64,000 nucleotides of DNA, from positions 576,001-640,000 of the forward strand of contig CAVVUN010000002.1 in NCBI GenBank assembly GCA_963751455.1, given 5' to 3'. Positions 1 through 11,902 of the stretch are shown here, piece by piece. Made by a program: the position numbers and the translations under genes. The stretch's first letter is position 1; each line of letters starts with the position of its first letter. The notes under the pieces are model-generated. The model was not told the origin of the DNA and did no database searches. It worked only from the letters and a program-made list of their open reading frames with translations. Origin of the DNA: Nitrospirota bacterium. Lineage in GTDB: Bacteria; Nitrospirota; UBA9217.

Positions 1-2091
1 CTTCACACGAGCCCGAAAAACGTCTACCTGCCCCGGGAGACGAGCGCTTTTCTCAATTATGGAATCACGTATGCCCGTGATAATCAGGTAGGGTTCCAGT
101 CATTATCGGCCACCAATAAGCTCGGGGCGCGCGCGGGCGATGTCTTTTTCGTGTCCGACTCCCTGTACAGTAAAACAGAGAGGCAGGAGGAGTTCGTTCG
201 GCTCCAAAGCAGCATAACCTACGAACGCCGGAACGATATGAAATGGATCGTGCTCGGTGACCAGTACGCTAGTTCCGGGGAACTGGGAAGCGCCGTTAAC
301 CTGGGGGGGGTAGGGTTTTCGAAAGTCTATAAGCTTGACCCCTATTTCATCACCCAGCAGGTATACAATCTTCAGGGCGCCGCGATCTACCCCTCTGAGG
401 CTGAAATCTACCTGGACGGGGTTCTTGTCGGGAAGCAGAAGATAGTTCCGGGAACATTCGACTTTAGAAACATCTTCTCTTACAATGGCGCACATAGAAT
501 AGAAGTTGCTCTAAAAGACCCCTTCGGCAACGAGCAGCGCTATTCCTATCCCGCTTACTTCAATACCCTTATGCTGCGAGAGGGGCTGCATGAATATAGT
601 TACAACGCGGGGTTCCTCAGGCAGCGGTACGGCGTGGAGAGCGACGAGTACGGCAAACCGGTATTTTCGGCGTTCCACCGGTACGGGCTGACGAATTCCG
701 TGAATGTCGGGGCGAGGGCGGAAGCCTCGGACGGGATCTATAACGGCGGAGTGTCCGTATCGCTGGTTTCTCCCCTGGCCGGCACCGTGGGTCTTTCTCT
801 TGCAGCCAGCAAAAAGGACGGCAGCGAGGGCTCCGCCGGCTCAATCCAGCACTCTTTCCAAGTCGGAAGTTTCAACACAAACCTGAGCGCGCGCGCTTTT
901 TCGAGCGACTATGCGATTGTCAGCGCGCCCGAGATCTCCGGGGCCGACCAGGCCAGGTATGAAGCGAGTATCGGAGCGGGATTTCTTGTAATGCCGGTGG
1001 GAAGCTTGTCCATGAACCATTCTGAAACGGCAACCTACGGAGGGATTAAAACGAAGGTCACGTCCATGAATTATTCCAGGGGGCTTTCAAGAACGACAAG
1101 CCTGTTTCTGAACGCATCGGAAACGCGGCAGTCAAGCGCAATATACAGCGTATTTGTGGGCCTTAACTTCAATTTTGAAAATAATCTCCGCGGCGCGGCG
1201 CAGTATAATATCACTCGAGGGGCGAACACGGAAACCGTACAAATTCAGAGTGACGTGCCGGTCGGAGAAGGCATGGGATACCGGGCGGCAATAAGCAGGA
1301 ACGAAACCGGCAGTACATCTGCAACTTCTTTCACTCCGTTCTTGCAGTACAACGCGCAATTCGGCATCTACTCAGTTGGTTCCAACATACAGAACGCTGC
1401 AGGCCGAACCACTCAAACGTACAATGTTTCAGCGGCAGGATCCATAGTGAATGCGGGCGGGTTCTTCGGTTTGTCCAGACCGGTCAGCGACAGCTTCAGC
1501 ATTGTCATGATGGACGACGTGCCCGGCGCCAGTGTGCTGAACAACGGCCAGGAAATTGGAACGACAGGCATAACCGGCAGGATGGTGGTTCCGACGCTGA
1601 CCTCTTATGGCAGAAATCAGATCACCGTCGATGTCAAGAAAATCCCTATAGATTACAGCATTTCAGGCGTCAATCAGGCATTGTCCCCCCCGATTTGGAG
1701 CGGCTCGTGTATAGCGTTCGACGCGATCAAGATGCGGGCTGTAACCGGAACCTTGTCTACACGCTTTGAAGAAAAAAGAACGCCGCTTGAATACGTCGAG
1801 GTCTCTATGCAGGTCGGCGCAAAGATCGTGACGTTTCCAACCGGCAAAGATGGAGAGTTTTATCTGGAAAACAGGCTTCCCGCCGAAGAACGGTCAGACG
1901 GTGACAGGCAAAGCTGCCGCGCGATCATTGAACGGAAAAAAACCGGGGCAGACTACATTCGTCCGGGCAGTTATCCGGCCTGGGTAGAAATAGACGGAGC
2001 GAGATGCAATTTTTCTATTATATTCCCGGAGACGGACGATGTAATTAACGACGTCGGCGAATTGAAGTGTGTCATGGCAGGGGGAAAATGA
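1..2091 (+). CDS. Fimbrial/pilus outer-membrane usher protein (5'-partial; frame open from base 1)
   Basis: Frame is open from position 1. Usher-like motifs: G-A-x-x-PSEAEIYLDG, PGTFDF, DPFGNEQ, LREGLHEYSYNAGFLR, LSRPVSDSFSIV; alternating beta-strand pattern. Confidence 0.85.
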   Translation, partial: LHTSPKNVYLPRETSAFLNYGITYARDNQVGFQSLSATNKLGARAGDVFFVSDSLYSKTERQEEFVRLQSSITYERRNDMKWIVLGDQYASSGELGSAVNLGGVGFSKVYKLDPYFITQQVYNLQGAAIYPSEAEIYLDGVLVGKQKIVPGTFDFRNIFSYNGAHRIEVALKDPFGNEQRYSYPAYFNTLMLREGLHEYSYNAGFLRQRYGVESDEYGKPVFSAFHRYGLTNSVNVGARAEASDGIYNGGVSVSLVSPLAGTVGLSLAASKKDGSEGSAGSIQHSFQVGSFNTNLSARAFSSDYAIVSAPEISGADQARYEASIGAGFLVMPVGSLSMNHSETATYGGIKTKVTSMNYSRGLSRTTSLFLNASETRQSSAIYSVFVGLNFNFENNLRGAAQYNITRGANTETVQIQSDVPVGEGMGYRAAISRNETGSTSATSFTPFLQYNAQFGIYSVGSNIQNAAGRTTQTYNVSAAGSIVNAGGFFGLSRPVSDSFSIVMMDDVPGASVLNNGQEIGTTGITGRMVVPTLTSYGRNQITVDVKKIPIDYSISGVNQALSPPIWSGSCIAFDAIKMRAVTGTLSTRFEEKRTPLEYVEVSMQVGAKIVTFPTGKDGEFYLENRLPAEERSDGDRQSCRAIIERKKTGADYIRPGSYPAWVEIDGARCNFSIIFPETDDVINDVGELKCVMAGGK

Positions 2092-2195
2092 CGGTTTCGT
2101 AGGAACTTAGATTGGAGCCCTCGAAACACGATACTATTATCGCCTCTCAGGAATCAGACTGCCCAGGAGAGATGTCCAACTTTCCATCTTTGCAA

Positions 2196-2225
2196 TTGAC
2201 ACCCGTTTCTTCTATCTGGTATAGT
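2196..2225 (+). promoter_or_regulatory. Putative sigma70 promoter of the trp operon
   Basis: TTGACA (2196-2201), 18-nt spacer, TGgTATAGT extended -10; AAGGAG RBS before the trpE ATG. Confidence 0.6.
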
Positions 2226-2255
2226 ACATAAGTCTTTTATTTTGCAAGGAGTTTT

Positions 2256-3740
2256 ATGTTCCAGCCTTCCCTGGACGAGTTCAAACAAAAGGCTAAAAAG
2301 GGCAACCTTATCCCGGTTCACCGGGAAATTCTGGCGGACATGGAAACGCCGGTTTCTGCTTTTTTGAAAATCGATGACCACGCGCATTCGTTTCTGCTCG
2401 AAAGCATGGAGGGCGGCGAGAAGTGGGCGCGTTATTCGTTCCTCGGCAGCCGTCCTTCGGTTATTGTCAGAAGCTCCGGGAAGGCCGCCGAAATCATCAG
2501 AAACGGCAAGACCAGGAAGGTTTCCTTTGAGAAGGACCCGCTCGAAGTCATCAAAAGCGTTCTGTCCGAATACAGACCGGTTCCCGATCCGGCGCTCCCG
2601 CGTTTTTTCGGAGGCGCTGTGGGATTCATGGGCTATGATACAGTCCGTTTTTTTGAGGAACTTCCCAGCCGTCCGAGAAAAGGTCTTGACCTGCCCGATG
2701 TATTCTTCATGATAACCGATACGCTTATCATCTTCGACAATGTTACCCATCGGCTCAAGGTCGTATCAAACGCGCACATAAACGGCTCTTCACCCGCGGC
2801 AGCCTATAAAGAGGCGGTGAGGAAGATCGACGCTCTGGTGAAGAAGCTCAAGAAAGCCGTGAGACGGCAGGCAGCAGGCGGCACGCGCAGAAAAGGGAAA
2901 AAACACGAGCTGACTTCCAACTTCACAAAATCGCAATACGAGCAGGCTGTGCTCAAGGCCAAGGAGTATATCAAGGCCGGGGACATTTTCCAGGTCGTGC
3001 CGTCCCAGCGCTTCGAGACGAAAATCAATATTGAACCGTACGAGATATACCGGGCGCTCCGGCTCATTAATCCTTCTCCGTACATGTACTTTCTGCGCTG
3101 CGGAGAAGCCACGGTCGTCGGTGCTTCCCCCGAGGTGATGGTAAGGCTCGAAGACGGTAAGATCGATCTGCGGCCGATCGCGGGAACGCGCAGGCGGGGC
3201 GCCGGCGAGGAAGAGGACGAGGAACTGGCGCGGGAGCTCCTGGCCGATCCGAAGGAGCGGGCGGAGCATATCATGCTGGTGGACCTCGGGAGGAACGACG
3301 TAGGCAGGGTCAGCGAACCCGGCAGCGTGAATGTGAGCGAGTTGATGGTGATCGAGCGGTACTCTCATGTGATGCATATCGTATCCAACGTCCGGGGCAG
3401 ACTGTCCCTGAACAAGGATTCCTACGATGTGATCCGCGCCTGCTTTCCGGCCGGGACCGTTTCCGGCGCGCCGAAGATACGGGCCATGCAGATCATCGAT
3501 GAACTGGAGCCGACCAGCCGGGGTCCGTATGCGGGCGCTGTCGGGTATTTCGGCTTTTCCGGAAATATGGACACGTGCATAACCATCCGCACACTCGTGA
3601 TCAAGGACGGCGTCGCTTATATCCAGGCAGGCGGCGGCGTGGTCGCGGACAGCAATCCCGGCGAGGAATACCAGGAGACAGTAAACAAGGCCAAGGCCAT
3701 GATGCGCGCCGTGGAAATGGCGGAAAAAGGTTTGGACTGA
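2256..3740 (+). CDS. trpE: Anthranilate synthase component I
   Basis: Motifs [66 protein letters not shown]. Confidence 0.97.
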   Translation: MFQPSLDEFKQKAKKGNLIPVHREILADMETPVSAFLKIDDHAHSFLLESMEGGEKWARYSFLGSRPSVIVRSSGKAAEIIRNGKTRKVSFEKDPLEVIKSVLSEYRPVPDPALPRFFGGAVGFMGYDTVRFFEELPSRPRKGLDLPDVFFMITDTLIIFDNVTHRLKVVSNAHINGSSPAAAYKEAVRKIDALVKKLKKAVRRQAAGGTRRKGKKHELTSNFTKSQYEQAVLKAKEYIKAGDIFQVVPSQRFETKINIEPYEIYRALRLINPSPYMYFLRCGEATVVGASPEVMVRLEDGKIDLRPIAGTRRRGAGEEEDEELARELLADPKERAEHIMLVDLGRNDVGRVSEPGSVNVSELMVIERYSHVMHIVSNVRGRLSLNKDSYDVIRACFPAGTVSGAPKIRAMQIIDELEPTSRGPYAGAVGYFGFSGNMDTCITIRTLVIKDGVAYIQAGGGVVADSNPGEEYQETVNKAKAMMRAVEMAEKGLD

Positions 3741-3770
3741 GAACCGCAGAAAAAGCAGCAAAAAACTTTT

Positions 3771-3923
3771 TCTCGCAAAGCCGCAAAGTCGCAAAGAAAA
3801 GCAATGCGAATAATTAGCAAAAAAAAGACATTTGCCAGGATTAACCAAACGCGAGAAAGAAAAAGAATTAGTTTAATTTGAACAAGTTCTGAGATTTCTT
3901 TGCGGTCTTTGCGTTTTGCGAGA
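3771..3923. repeat. Inverted pair of triple CGCAAAG units (intergenic trpE-trpG)
   Basis: tctcgcaaagccgcaaagtcgcaaaga (3771-3797) faces ttctttgcggtctttgcgttttgcgaga (3896-3923). Confidence 0.8.
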
Positions 3924-3942
3924 GATCGCTTTAGAGGTTTTC

Positions 3943-4506
<564 letters not shown>

Positions 4507-4513
4507 GAACCAT

Positions 4514-4602
4514 CGGACACGGATCAAATCCGATAACTACGGATTAATTGGAAAAGAAGTTCCTTTTTGAAATCCGATTTTTCCGTGAAAATCCGTGTCC
4601 CG
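4514..4602. repeat. Inverted pair of ACGGAT-type repeat arrays (intergenic trpG-trpD)
   Basis: cggacacggatcaaatccgataactacggatt faces aatccgatttttccgtgaaaatccgtgtcccg. Confidence 0.7.
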
Positions 4603-4624
4603 ATATTCTGAATCCGGAGGTTCT

Positions 4625-5638
4625 ATGATCAAAGAAGCCATTTCAAAAGTCATTTCCAGGACAAACCTGACGGAGGCCGAAGCCGAGGCAACCATGCGGG
4701 AAATAATGCAGGGTGAAGCTACGGACGCCCAGATATCCTCATACATTACCGCCCTCCGCATGAAGGGTGAAACTGTGGAGGAGATCACGGGATCGGCCAG
4801 GGTCATGCGCGAAAAAGCGGTGCCGATCAAGCTCGATGCCCGATATCAGGTTGATACGTGCGGGACGGGCGGAGACATGGCGCATACGTTCAATATATCA
4901 ACAACATCCGCTTTTGTCGTATCGGGAGCGGGTGTGACGGTGGCCAAGCACGGCAACCGTTCGGTTTCGAGCAAGAGCGGCAGCGCCGATGTGCTCCAGG
5001 CCCTTGGTGTAAATATCGAGATTCCCTGCAACCGGGCCGAAGAATGCATCAGGGAAGCGGGAATCGGCTTCCTCTTTGCTCCCCTTATGCATCAAGCCAT
5101 GAAATACGCGATTGGCCCGCGCCGGGAGATCGGCATCAGGACCATCTTTAATGTGCTCGGTCCGCTTACAAATCCAGCAAAAGTCACGTCCCAGATCATG
5201 GGCGTTTACTCCGCTGAACTGACCAGCCTGCTCGCCCGGGCGCTCGGCAATCTTGGAGCGTCCCATGCCTTCGTTGTGCACGGCATGGATGGGCTCGATG
5301 AAATTACGACAACGGACAGGACGAAGGTGTCCGAGTTCAAACAGGGAACGGTGAAAGACTATTTCATTCATCCGTCCGATTTCGGTCTGCCCGCTTCGCG
5401 CCCGTCCGACCTGAAAGGCGGCGACGCGAAGGACAACGCAGCCATCACCGAGGAAATCCTGAAAGGCGGGAAAGGGCCGCGTCGCGACATTGTCCTCCTG
5501 AACGCAGCCGCGGCGCTGGTGGCGGCCGGCAGGGCAGGCGATTTCAAGCAGGGCCTTCAGCTTGCGGCGGATTCGATCGATTCCGGCGCGGCGCTCGGGA
5601 AACTGGAACAGTTGAAGGCGTTTACGAATAAACCATAA
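4625..5638 (+). CDS. trpD: Anthranilate phosphoribosyltransferase
   Basis: DTCGTGGD, TFNIST, KHGNRSVSSKSGSAD, RTIFNVLGPLTNP, GLDE; GGAGG RBS before ATG 4625. Confidence 0.97.
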   Translation: MIKEAISKVISRTNLTEAEAEATMREIMQGEATDAQISSYITALRMKGETVEEITGSARVMREKAVPIKLDARYQVDTCGTGGDMAHTFNISTTSAFVVSGAGVTVAKHGNRSVSSKSGSADVLQALGVNIEIPCNRAEECIREAGIGFLFAPLMHQAMKYAIGPRREIGIRTIFNVLGPLTNPAKVTSQIMGVYSAELTSLLARALGNLGASHAFVVHGMDGLDEITTTDRTKVSEFKQGTVKDYFIHPSDFGLPASRPSDLKGGDAKDNAAITEEILKGGKGPRRDIVLLNAAAALVAAGRAGDFKQGLQLAADSIDSGAALGKLEQLKAFTNKP

Positions 5639-5639
5639 G

Positions 5640-5784
5640 AAAGTGTCATAGTGTCAGAGAAGTCATAGTGCCGACCTTTTAGAATCTCTGACCCTTTGTC
5701 AAAGCGGAGGCAGTGTCGTAGTGTACAGAAATGCATGCGTCAGGCAATCTCTGACCCTTTGCCACTCTGACTCTTTGACACTTT
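5640..5784. repeat. Inverted pair of AGTGTCA-type repeat arrays (intergenic trpD-trpC)
   Basis: aaagtgtcatagtgtcagaagtcatagtg faces ctctgaccctttgccactctgactctttgacacttt. Confidence 0.65.
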
Positions 5785-5789
5785 TACTT

Positions 5790-6575
5790 TTGATTTTAGA
5801 CGACATCATTGCGAATAAAAAAATAGAATTATCCGAAACGAAACGGCGCTCTCCCCTGGCCGAGCTCAGGGCAAAGGCAGCGGACAGTCTTCCGGTTCGG
5901 GGCTTCGGCAAGGTCCTGTCTCAGGGCAACGAGATCAAGCTGATTGCGGAAGTAAAAAAAGCGTCCCCTTCAAAAGGAGTGATCCGGGAGGATTTCGATC
6001 CTGTTGAAATTGCCAGGACTTACGCGAAAGCCGGGGCGAGCGGCATCTCCGTGCTGACGGAGAGCAGGTTCTTCCAGGGGAGTCTCGATTACCTCGATCA
6101 AATCCGGAAGGCGGTTGAGCTGCCGCTTTTGCGCAAAGACTTTATCGTCGACGAATACCAGATTTTCGAGGCCCGCGCCGCGGGTGCAGATGCAATCCTT
6201 CTGATTGCCGCCTGCCTCGAGCGCAGGCAGATCGAGGATTTTCTCGGGACTGCAGCAGGGCTTGGTCTTGATGTTCTGGTCGAGTCGCATAACTATAAAG
6301 AGCTGGACCGGGCGCTCATGGCAGGCGCTTCGCTGGTCGGAATAAATAACCGCGATCTGGGCAGTTTTATTATCAGCCTTCAGTCCACGTTCGATCTGTT
6401 AAAAGACATTCCCGATGACCGCATCGTGGTAAGCGAGAGCGGCATCACGACGCGGGATGATGTTCTGAAGCTCCAGAAGGCAGGGGTAGACGCAGTGCTG
6501 GTGGGCGAGAGCCTGATGCGGGAGAAGGACGTAGGAAAAAAAGTGAAAGAACTTTTAGGAACTGTGAACCGTTGA
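5790..6575 (+). CDS. trpC: Indole-3-glycerol phosphate synthase
   Basis: IAEVKKASPSKG, SVLTE, LRKDFI, GADAILLI, GINNRDL, VSESGI, LVGESLM. TTG start at 5790 is inferred. Confidence 0.96.
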   Translation: MILDDIIANKKIELSETKRRSPLAELRAKAADSLPVRGFGKVLSQGNEIKLIAEVKKASPSKGVIREDFDPVEIARTYAKAGASGISVLTESRFFQGSLDYLDQIRKAVELPLLRKDFIVDEYQIFEARAAGADAILLIAACLERRQIEDFLGTAAGLGLDVLVESHNYKELDRALMAGASLVGINNRDLGSFIISLQSTFDLLKDIPDDRIVVSESGITTRDDVLKLQKAGVDAVLVGESLMREKDVGKKVKELLGTVNR

Positions 6576-6633
6576 CTATTCAACCTTCATCAATGACAAA
6601 TTTCGACCGGGAATTTCATGCTTGGGTGAATAC

Positions 6634-7254
6634 ATGACCAAAATCAAGATTTGCGGCATAACCAACCTTGACGATGCGTTGTCCGCAGCGGACCTCGGAG
6701 CAGACGCGCTCGGCTTCAATTTTTACCGAAAAAGTCCCCGCTTTGTCGACCCGCAAAAAGCAGCGGAGATCATCGCACAGCTCCCGCCTTTTGTCGTGCC
6801 GGTCGGCATCTTCGTCAATGAGCGTGAAGAAAAAGTCCGGAACGTGATGTTTACCACCGGGATCAAGATCCTTCAGTTTCACGGAGATGAACGCCCGGAA
6901 TTCTGTGAACGTTTCGCAACCCGGGTAATCAAGGCATTCCAGGTGAATGACAAGGAAAGTCTGAAACATGTGGCTCACTACCATGTAAGCGCCCTGCTTC
7001 TTGACAGCTATCGTGAAGGCGTCCGGGGAGGCACCGGCGTTACGTTCGACTGGCACCTTGCGGTTGTCGCTAAAACATTCGGCAGGGTTATCCTTGCCGG
7101 CGGACTTACTCCGAAGAATGTCGCCGAGGCGGTGAAGCTTGTCCAGCCCTATGGGGTGGATGTCGCAGGCGGTGTGGAAAAAGAAAAGGGAATCAAGGAC
7201 CACGCGAAAATGAAGAAATTCATTGCCGAAGTCAGGAAGGCGGCACGAGCATGA
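6634..7254 (+). CDS. trpF: Phosphoribosylanthranilate isomerase
   Basis: [47 protein letters not shown]. Confidence 0.96.
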   Translation: MTKIKICGITNLDDALSAADLGADALGFNFYRKSPRFVDPQKAAEIIAQLPPFVVPVGIFVNEREEKVRNVMFTTGIKILQFHGDERPEFCERFATRVIKAFQVNDKESLKHVAHYHVSALLLDSYREGVRGGTGVTFDWHLAVVAKTFGRVILAGGLTPKNVAEAVKLVQPYGVDVAGGVEKEKGIKDHAKMKKFIAEVRKAARA

Positions 7255-8441
7255 CCTTCCCGGATAAGAAAGGACGTTTCGGTGTTTACGGCGGCAAGTT
7301 CGCGCCTGAAACTCTCATGCCGGCGCTGGCGGAACTCGAGGCAGCCTTCCTTGCATCAGGAAAGGACAAGGGATTTCAGTCCGAGCTTGAGTATTATTCC
7401 CGGGAATTCATCGGCCGGCCGACGCCTCTCTATTGTGCGAAGAGACTGACCGAGCATCTCGGCGGCGCCAGGATATATCTGAAGCGCGAAGACCTTTGCC
7501 ACACGGGCGCTCATAAAATAAACAATTCGCTTGCTCAAGTGCTGTTGGCCAAGCGAATGGGCAAGACGCGGGTTGTAGCGGAGACGGGCGCGGGTCAGCA
7601 TGGCGTAGCGACAGCAACTGCCGCTGCGATGTTCGGCATGGACTGTGAAATCTACATGGGCACCGATGATATCGCGCGCCAGTCGCTCAATGTTTTCCGA
7701 ATGAAACTTCTGGGCTCGAAAGTGCGGGCCGTGGATATAGGAAGCAGGACCCTGAAAGACGCAATCAATGAGGCCATGCGGGACTGGATTACGAATGTCG
7801 GAAACACACATTACGTACTGGGCACGGTCTTCGGTCCTCATCCCTTTCCCGCAATGGTCCGCCATTTTCAATCGGTGATCGGACGGGAAGCCAAAAAACA
7901 AATCCGCAAGCTCGAAGGCAGACTCCCTGACGCACTGATCGCATGCGTCGGCGGCGGTTCGAACGCTATGGGGCTTTTTTACGAATTTCTGGATGATCAA
8001 TCAGTCAAGATGTACGGTGTCGAAGCCGGCGGGCTCGGCATAGAGCCGGGAAAACATGCGGCCCGCTTCGCCGGCGGTTCCCTTGGCGTACTCCAGGGTT
8101 CCAAGACCTATGTCCTGCAGGACGAACACGGACAGATCGAGCTTACCCATTCTGTTTCGGCCGGCCTCGACTATGCCGCGGTTGGCCCGGAACACGCGCA
8201 TTACCACGATACCGGCCGGATCGAATACACCTACGCTGTTGACGAAGAAGCAATGGAAGCTTTTGACCTTCTGTCGCGCCTGGAAGGCATTATCCCGGCG
8301 CTCGAAAGCGCCCATGCCGTTGCCTATTGTCTGAAGCTTGCTCCTACGCTCGAGAAGGACAGGATTATCATTGTGAACGTTTCCGGCCGCGGCGACAAGG
8401 ACGTAATGCAGGTGGCGAAGATCAAGGGCGTGGAGCTGTAA
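7251..8441 (+). CDS. trpB: Tryptophan synthase beta chain
   Basis: [58 protein letters not shown] overlap with trpF. Confidence 0.98.
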   Translation: MTFPDKKGRFGVYGGKFAPETLMPALAELEAAFLASGKDKGFQSELEYYSREFIGRPTPLYCAKRLTEHLGGARIYLKREDLCHTGAHKINNSLAQVLLAKRMGKTRVVAETGAGQHGVATATAAAMFGMDCEIYMGTDDIARQSLNVFRMKLLGSKVRAVDIGSRTLKDAINEAMRDWITNVGNTHYVLGTVFGPHPFPAMVRHFQSVIGREAKKQIRKLEGRLPDALIACVGGGSNAMGLFYEFLDDQSVKMYGVEAGGLGIEPGKHAARFAGGSLGVLQGSKTYVLQDEHGQIELTHSVSAGLDYAAVGPEHAHYHDTGRIEYTYAVDEEAMEAFDLLSRLEGIIPALESAHAVAYCLKLAPTLEKDRIIIVNVSGRGDKDVMQVAKIKGVEL

Positions 8442-8469
8442 AAACCACTGCAAGGTGCAAATTAAACCT

Positions 8470-9288
8470 ATGTCGAGAATTAAAAATACATTCAGTCGCC
8501 TGAAGAAAAAGAACGAAACCGCGCTCATACCCTATATCATGGCAGGGGACCCCGATCTCGCCACAACCAGGCGGCTTATTCTCGACATGGAAAAGGCGGG
8601 CTCCGATATAATCGAGCTTGGCGCGCCGTTTTCGGACCCTCTCGCGGACGGTCCGACCATACAGAAAGCGGCGATCCGGTCGCTCAAGAACGGCACAAGC
8701 ATCGGCGATGTGCTCAGCCTGGTGGCCGACATTCGCAGGGAAAGCAGGATTCCGCTTGTTATCATGACCTATTACAATCTGATCTTTAAATACGGCGAGG
8801 AGCGGTTTGTGAACGATGCCGTAGCGGCCGGCCTGGACGGCGTGATTTTGCCGGACCTCCCCCCGGAGGAGGCGGGCGGCCTTGTGACTCTTTCGAAGAA
8901 GGCCGGCCTTGATACGATATTCCTGATTGCTCCGACAAGCACGGATGAACGGATCAGGCTGGTGAGCAAGCTGTCGCAAGGCTTCGTCTATTACGTTTCC
9001 CTTACGGGAGTAACAGGAGCACGGTCAGGCGTTCAGGAGTCGGTCGCGCAATCGCTGCGGAAAATAAAGGCGGTCACGGACAAGCCGGTGGCCGTAGGGT
9101 TCGGTATCTCCACGCCTGACCAGGCCGCGCAAGTGGCGCATTGGGGAGCCGACGCCGTGATCGTCGGCAGCGCGCTCGTAAAGGTGATAGAAGAGAACAT
9201 CGGTTCTCCGGACCTGATCATGAAGGCATCCGGTTTTGTTCACTCTCTGAAAGAGGGGGTGCTTGCGGGGCATGAAGAACAAAAATAA
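8470..9288 (+). CDS. trpA: Tryptophan synthase alpha chain
   Basis: AGDPD, ELGAPFSDPLADGPTIQ, YYN, PDLPPEE, YYVSLTGVTG, VGFGIS, VGSA. Confidence 0.97.
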   Translation: MSRIKNTFSRLKKKNETALIPYIMAGDPDLATTRRLILDMEKAGSDIIELGAPFSDPLADGPTIQKAAIRSLKNGTSIGDVLSLVADIRRESRIPLVIMTYYNLIFKYGEERFVNDAVAAGLDGVILPDLPPEEAGGLVTLSKKAGLDTIFLIAPTSTDERIRLVSKLSQGFVYYVSLTGVTGARSGVQESVAQSLRKIKAVTDKPVAVGFGISTPDQAAQVAHWGADAVIVGSALVKVIEENIGSPDLIMKASGFVHSLKEGVLAGHEEQK

Positions 9289-10999
9289 TAAAGCGCTTGT
9301 TCCATCGAAAAACCCCGGGAAAAACCGCGCAGCACCCGGTCGCTCTGCGGTCAAGGTCAGCCGAAACGCGAAGACCTTGAAAAGCGAAATCAAGACATTC
9401 AAGAAATTGATGCTCCTCCAGAAGGTCAGGCAGGAACTTCTTCGCAGCAAGACAATCGGCCCCACGCAGGTCAACACCCTTCTCTCTGACAATCTCAAAG
9501 TGATTCTGACACTGACCGGAACCGATGCCGGGTCCATCCTGATACAGGAAAACGGCAGTCTCGTGTTTCGAGCGTGTTCGGGACCGGCTTCCCGCCAGCT
9601 CATGGGCAGACAGCTGCCGTGCGACCAGGGCATTGCCGGATGGGTTTTTACGAACGGCAAGAGCTACATGAGTTCCGATGTGTCCGGCGACAAACACTGG
9701 AGCAGCGAGATCAGTTCGAAAGTGCGTTATCCGACCCGGAACATTCTGGCCACGCCGCTTTCGGCCGGAAACCGCATGATCGGCGTTATCGAAATCATCA
9801 ACAAAAAGGGCGGAAGGCCCTTCGGTACGGCGGACCGGGAACTGCTCGAAACACTCGCCAGCCAGCTTGCACTGGACGTGGCATATGCCACGCTGCTCCT
9901 GGAAAGCATGAACGTAGCCCACCGGCGGGCTCTGCAGACTGAACTTGCAATGGTCCTGAACTCTTCCCTGAACCAGCGTGAAGTGCGAACGCGCGCCATT
10001 GAGGCGGTGATAAGCCTGATGGAGGCCGAAGTGGGGTCGCTGCTCCTGGTAGACGAGAAGACGAAAGACCTCTATTTCGAAGTGGCATTGGGTGAAAAAG
10101 GGGAGCGGGTAAAACAGATGCGGCTCAAAATGGGGGAGGGCATTGCCGGGTGGGTCGCGGCCAATAATGAAGCGGCGCTCATCAACGATGTGCAAAACGA
10201 TCCCCGCTATTTCCGCAGGGCCCAGACGATCACGGACTTTATTACGCGGAACATGGTATGCGTTCCTGTCCGTTCGAAGGGACATGTAGTCGGAGTGCTC
10301 CAGGCAATCAACAAGAAGGGCGGCGCGCTTTTCAACGAGGACGACCTGGAGAACTGCTGGGCTCTTTCGAACCAGGTCGCGATCGCGCTCGAGAACGCCC
10401 ATCTGTACGCCGAACTGAAGGAGACTTTCGTAAATACGGCCGAGGCGCTGGCTGCCGCGGTGGAGAAAAGAGACCCCTATACCGGCGGCCACATCAAACG
10501 GGTGGTTGAGTACAGCATGGCGATCGCGCGGCATCTGGCCGTGCCGCTGAGCGAGCAGGAAGACCTGCGGCTGGCAGCCGTGTTGCATGATATCGGGAAA
10601 ATCGGCATCAAGGACAGTGTGCTCCTCAAGCAATCCCGCCTGGACCACGATGAGATAGCGCATATGCGGGAGCATCCTCTCGTCGGAGAGGACATACTGA
10701 TGCACATCGAGCAGATGAAGGGTGTCAGGAAAATCATGCGGGCCCATCACGAGAGGTGGGACGGCAAGGGTTATCCGGACGGTCTGAAAGGTGATCTCAT
10801 TCCCATCCACGCAAGAATCATTACGGTAGCGGACACGTTCGATGCGATAACCACTGACCGGCCCTACCGGAAAGCAGCGGGATGGAAGGACGCTGTCGAA
10901 GAGATCATACGCTGTTCGGGCAAGGAATACGATCCGGCGGTTGTGCAGGCTTTTGTGCGCGCCTGTGAAGCCGGCGATATTACGATAATTCAGGGATGA
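9272..10999 (+). CDS. GAF-GAF-HD-GYP cyclic-dinucleotide phosphodiesterase
   Basis: Two GAF repeats (GIAGWV...NK..G..F...D), RDPYTGGH, HDIGK, HHERWDGKGYPDGL, ADTFDA...RPYRK. Overlaps the trpA 3' end. Confidence 0.9.
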   Translation: MKNKNNKALVPSKNPGKNRAAPGRSAVKVSRNAKTLKSEIKTFKKLMLLQKVRQELLRSKTIGPTQVNTLLSDNLKVILTLTGTDAGSILIQENGSLVFRACSGPASRQLMGRQLPCDQGIAGWVFTNGKSYMSSDVSGDKHWSSEISSKVRYPTRNILATPLSAGNRMIGVIEIINKKGGRPFGTADRELLETLASQLALDVAYATLLLESMNVAHRRALQTELAMVLNSSLNQREVRTRAIEAVISLMEAEVGSLLLVDEKTKDLYFEVALGEKGERVKQMRLKMGEGIAGWVAANNEAALINDVQNDPRYFRRAQTITDFITRNMVCVPVRSKGHVVGVLQAINKKGGALFNEDDLENCWALSNQVAIALENAHLYAELKETFVNTAEALAAAVEKRDPYTGGHIKRVVEYSMAIARHLAVPLSEQEDLRLAAVLHDIGKIGIKDSVLLKQSRLDHDEIAHMREHPLVGEDILMHIEQMKGVRKIMRAHHERWDGKGYPDGLKGDLIPIHARIITVADTFDAITTDRPYRKAAGWKDAVEEIIRCSGKEYDPAVVQAFVRACEAGDITIIQG

Positions 11000-11016
11000 G
11001 GGAGCATCAGCGATTA

Positions 11017-11101
11017 ATCCGCAGATTACGCAGATTGCGCAGAGTTTTAAAGATCAAAGTTGCCTCTTTCATTAAATAAGGGCGATCTGCGAAATCTGCG
11101 G
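11017..11101. repeat. Inverted pair of CGCAGAT 9-mer repeat arrays
   Basis: atccgcagattacgcagattgcgcagag faces atctgcgaaatctgcgg. Near-identical arrays occur at 34216-34302. Confidence 0.8.
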
Positions 11102-11172
11102 CTGGTCTTTTCTGCTGTCTCTGTTTCTTGTAAACTGTTTTTTAATTTAAGTTTTAAGGGGGAGGCAATTTC

Positions 11173-11808
11173 ATGGCCGATGTACAAGCGCAGCTTTTTA
11201 CGAGGTTCGGGAAAAAAATTCCAGGCGGCACCGTGCTTTTTCAGGAAGGAGACCGTGGTGAGGAAATGTTTATCATCCAGTCGGGCAAGGTGAAGATCAG
11301 CAAGCGCATTCGCGGAGTCGAGAAAACGCTTGCCACGCTGGACAAGGGCGAGTTTTTCGGTGAGATGGCGATCCTGAACGATAAACCCCGATCTGCGACG
11401 GCCGAGACGCTCGGAGAATGTGAAATGCTCGTGATTGACAGAAAGACCTTTGACGCGCTTATTCGCGGCAACGTGGAGATCGCCGTGCGGTTCATCAAGC
11501 GGCTTGCAGACCGTTTACGCGAGACCAACGACCAGATGGAAGCGCTCATGATCAAGGACAATACCAGCAGGCTTGTGAGTATTCTCGCCAAACACGTGCG
11601 GGAAAAGAAGGTGTATTCGATTAGCATAGACGACCTTTCCGGGCTCGCAGGAATTGAATCCGAGCAGGTCAGCATGATCCTCGAGAAGCTTGCGAGCGTC
11701 CGGGTACTGGAACTGGCCGGCGATAAAGTGCAGATCTCGAACAAGGAACAGGTTGAACGGCTCCTGCGCTATCTGGAAATGAGAGAGATTTTCGGAGAGA
11801 TGGCGTAA
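11173..11808 (+). CDS. Crp/Fnr-family cyclic-nucleotide-binding protein
   Basis: cNMP-binding motifs LFQEGD, GEFFGEMA, PRSATA; C-terminal winged-helix-like segment. Confidence 0.88.
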   Translation: MADVQAQLFTRFGKKIPGGTVLFQEGDRGEEMFIIQSGKVKISKRIRGVEKTLATLDKGEFFGEMAILNDKPRSATAETLGECEMLVIDRKTFDALIRGNVEIAVRFIKRLADRLRETNDQMEALMIKDNTSRLVSILAKHVREKKVYSISIDDLSGLAGIESEQVSMILEKLASVRVLELAGDKVQISNKEQVERLLRYLEMREIFGEMA

Positions 11809-11902
11809 TAAAATTGCAGAATGCGGATTGCGGATTTCGGAATTATATTGAAATGCACGCGTCTATCTGATTTCAATCCATCCTGCCTGATCAAGGAGTG
11901 AT

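Noticed and set aside
9218-10810. Long antisense ORFs (e.g. 530 aa here; also 2790-3848, 48322-49326, 52758-53795)
   Set aside because: They overlap well-supported genes on the other strand, which is typical of GC-rich codon bias.
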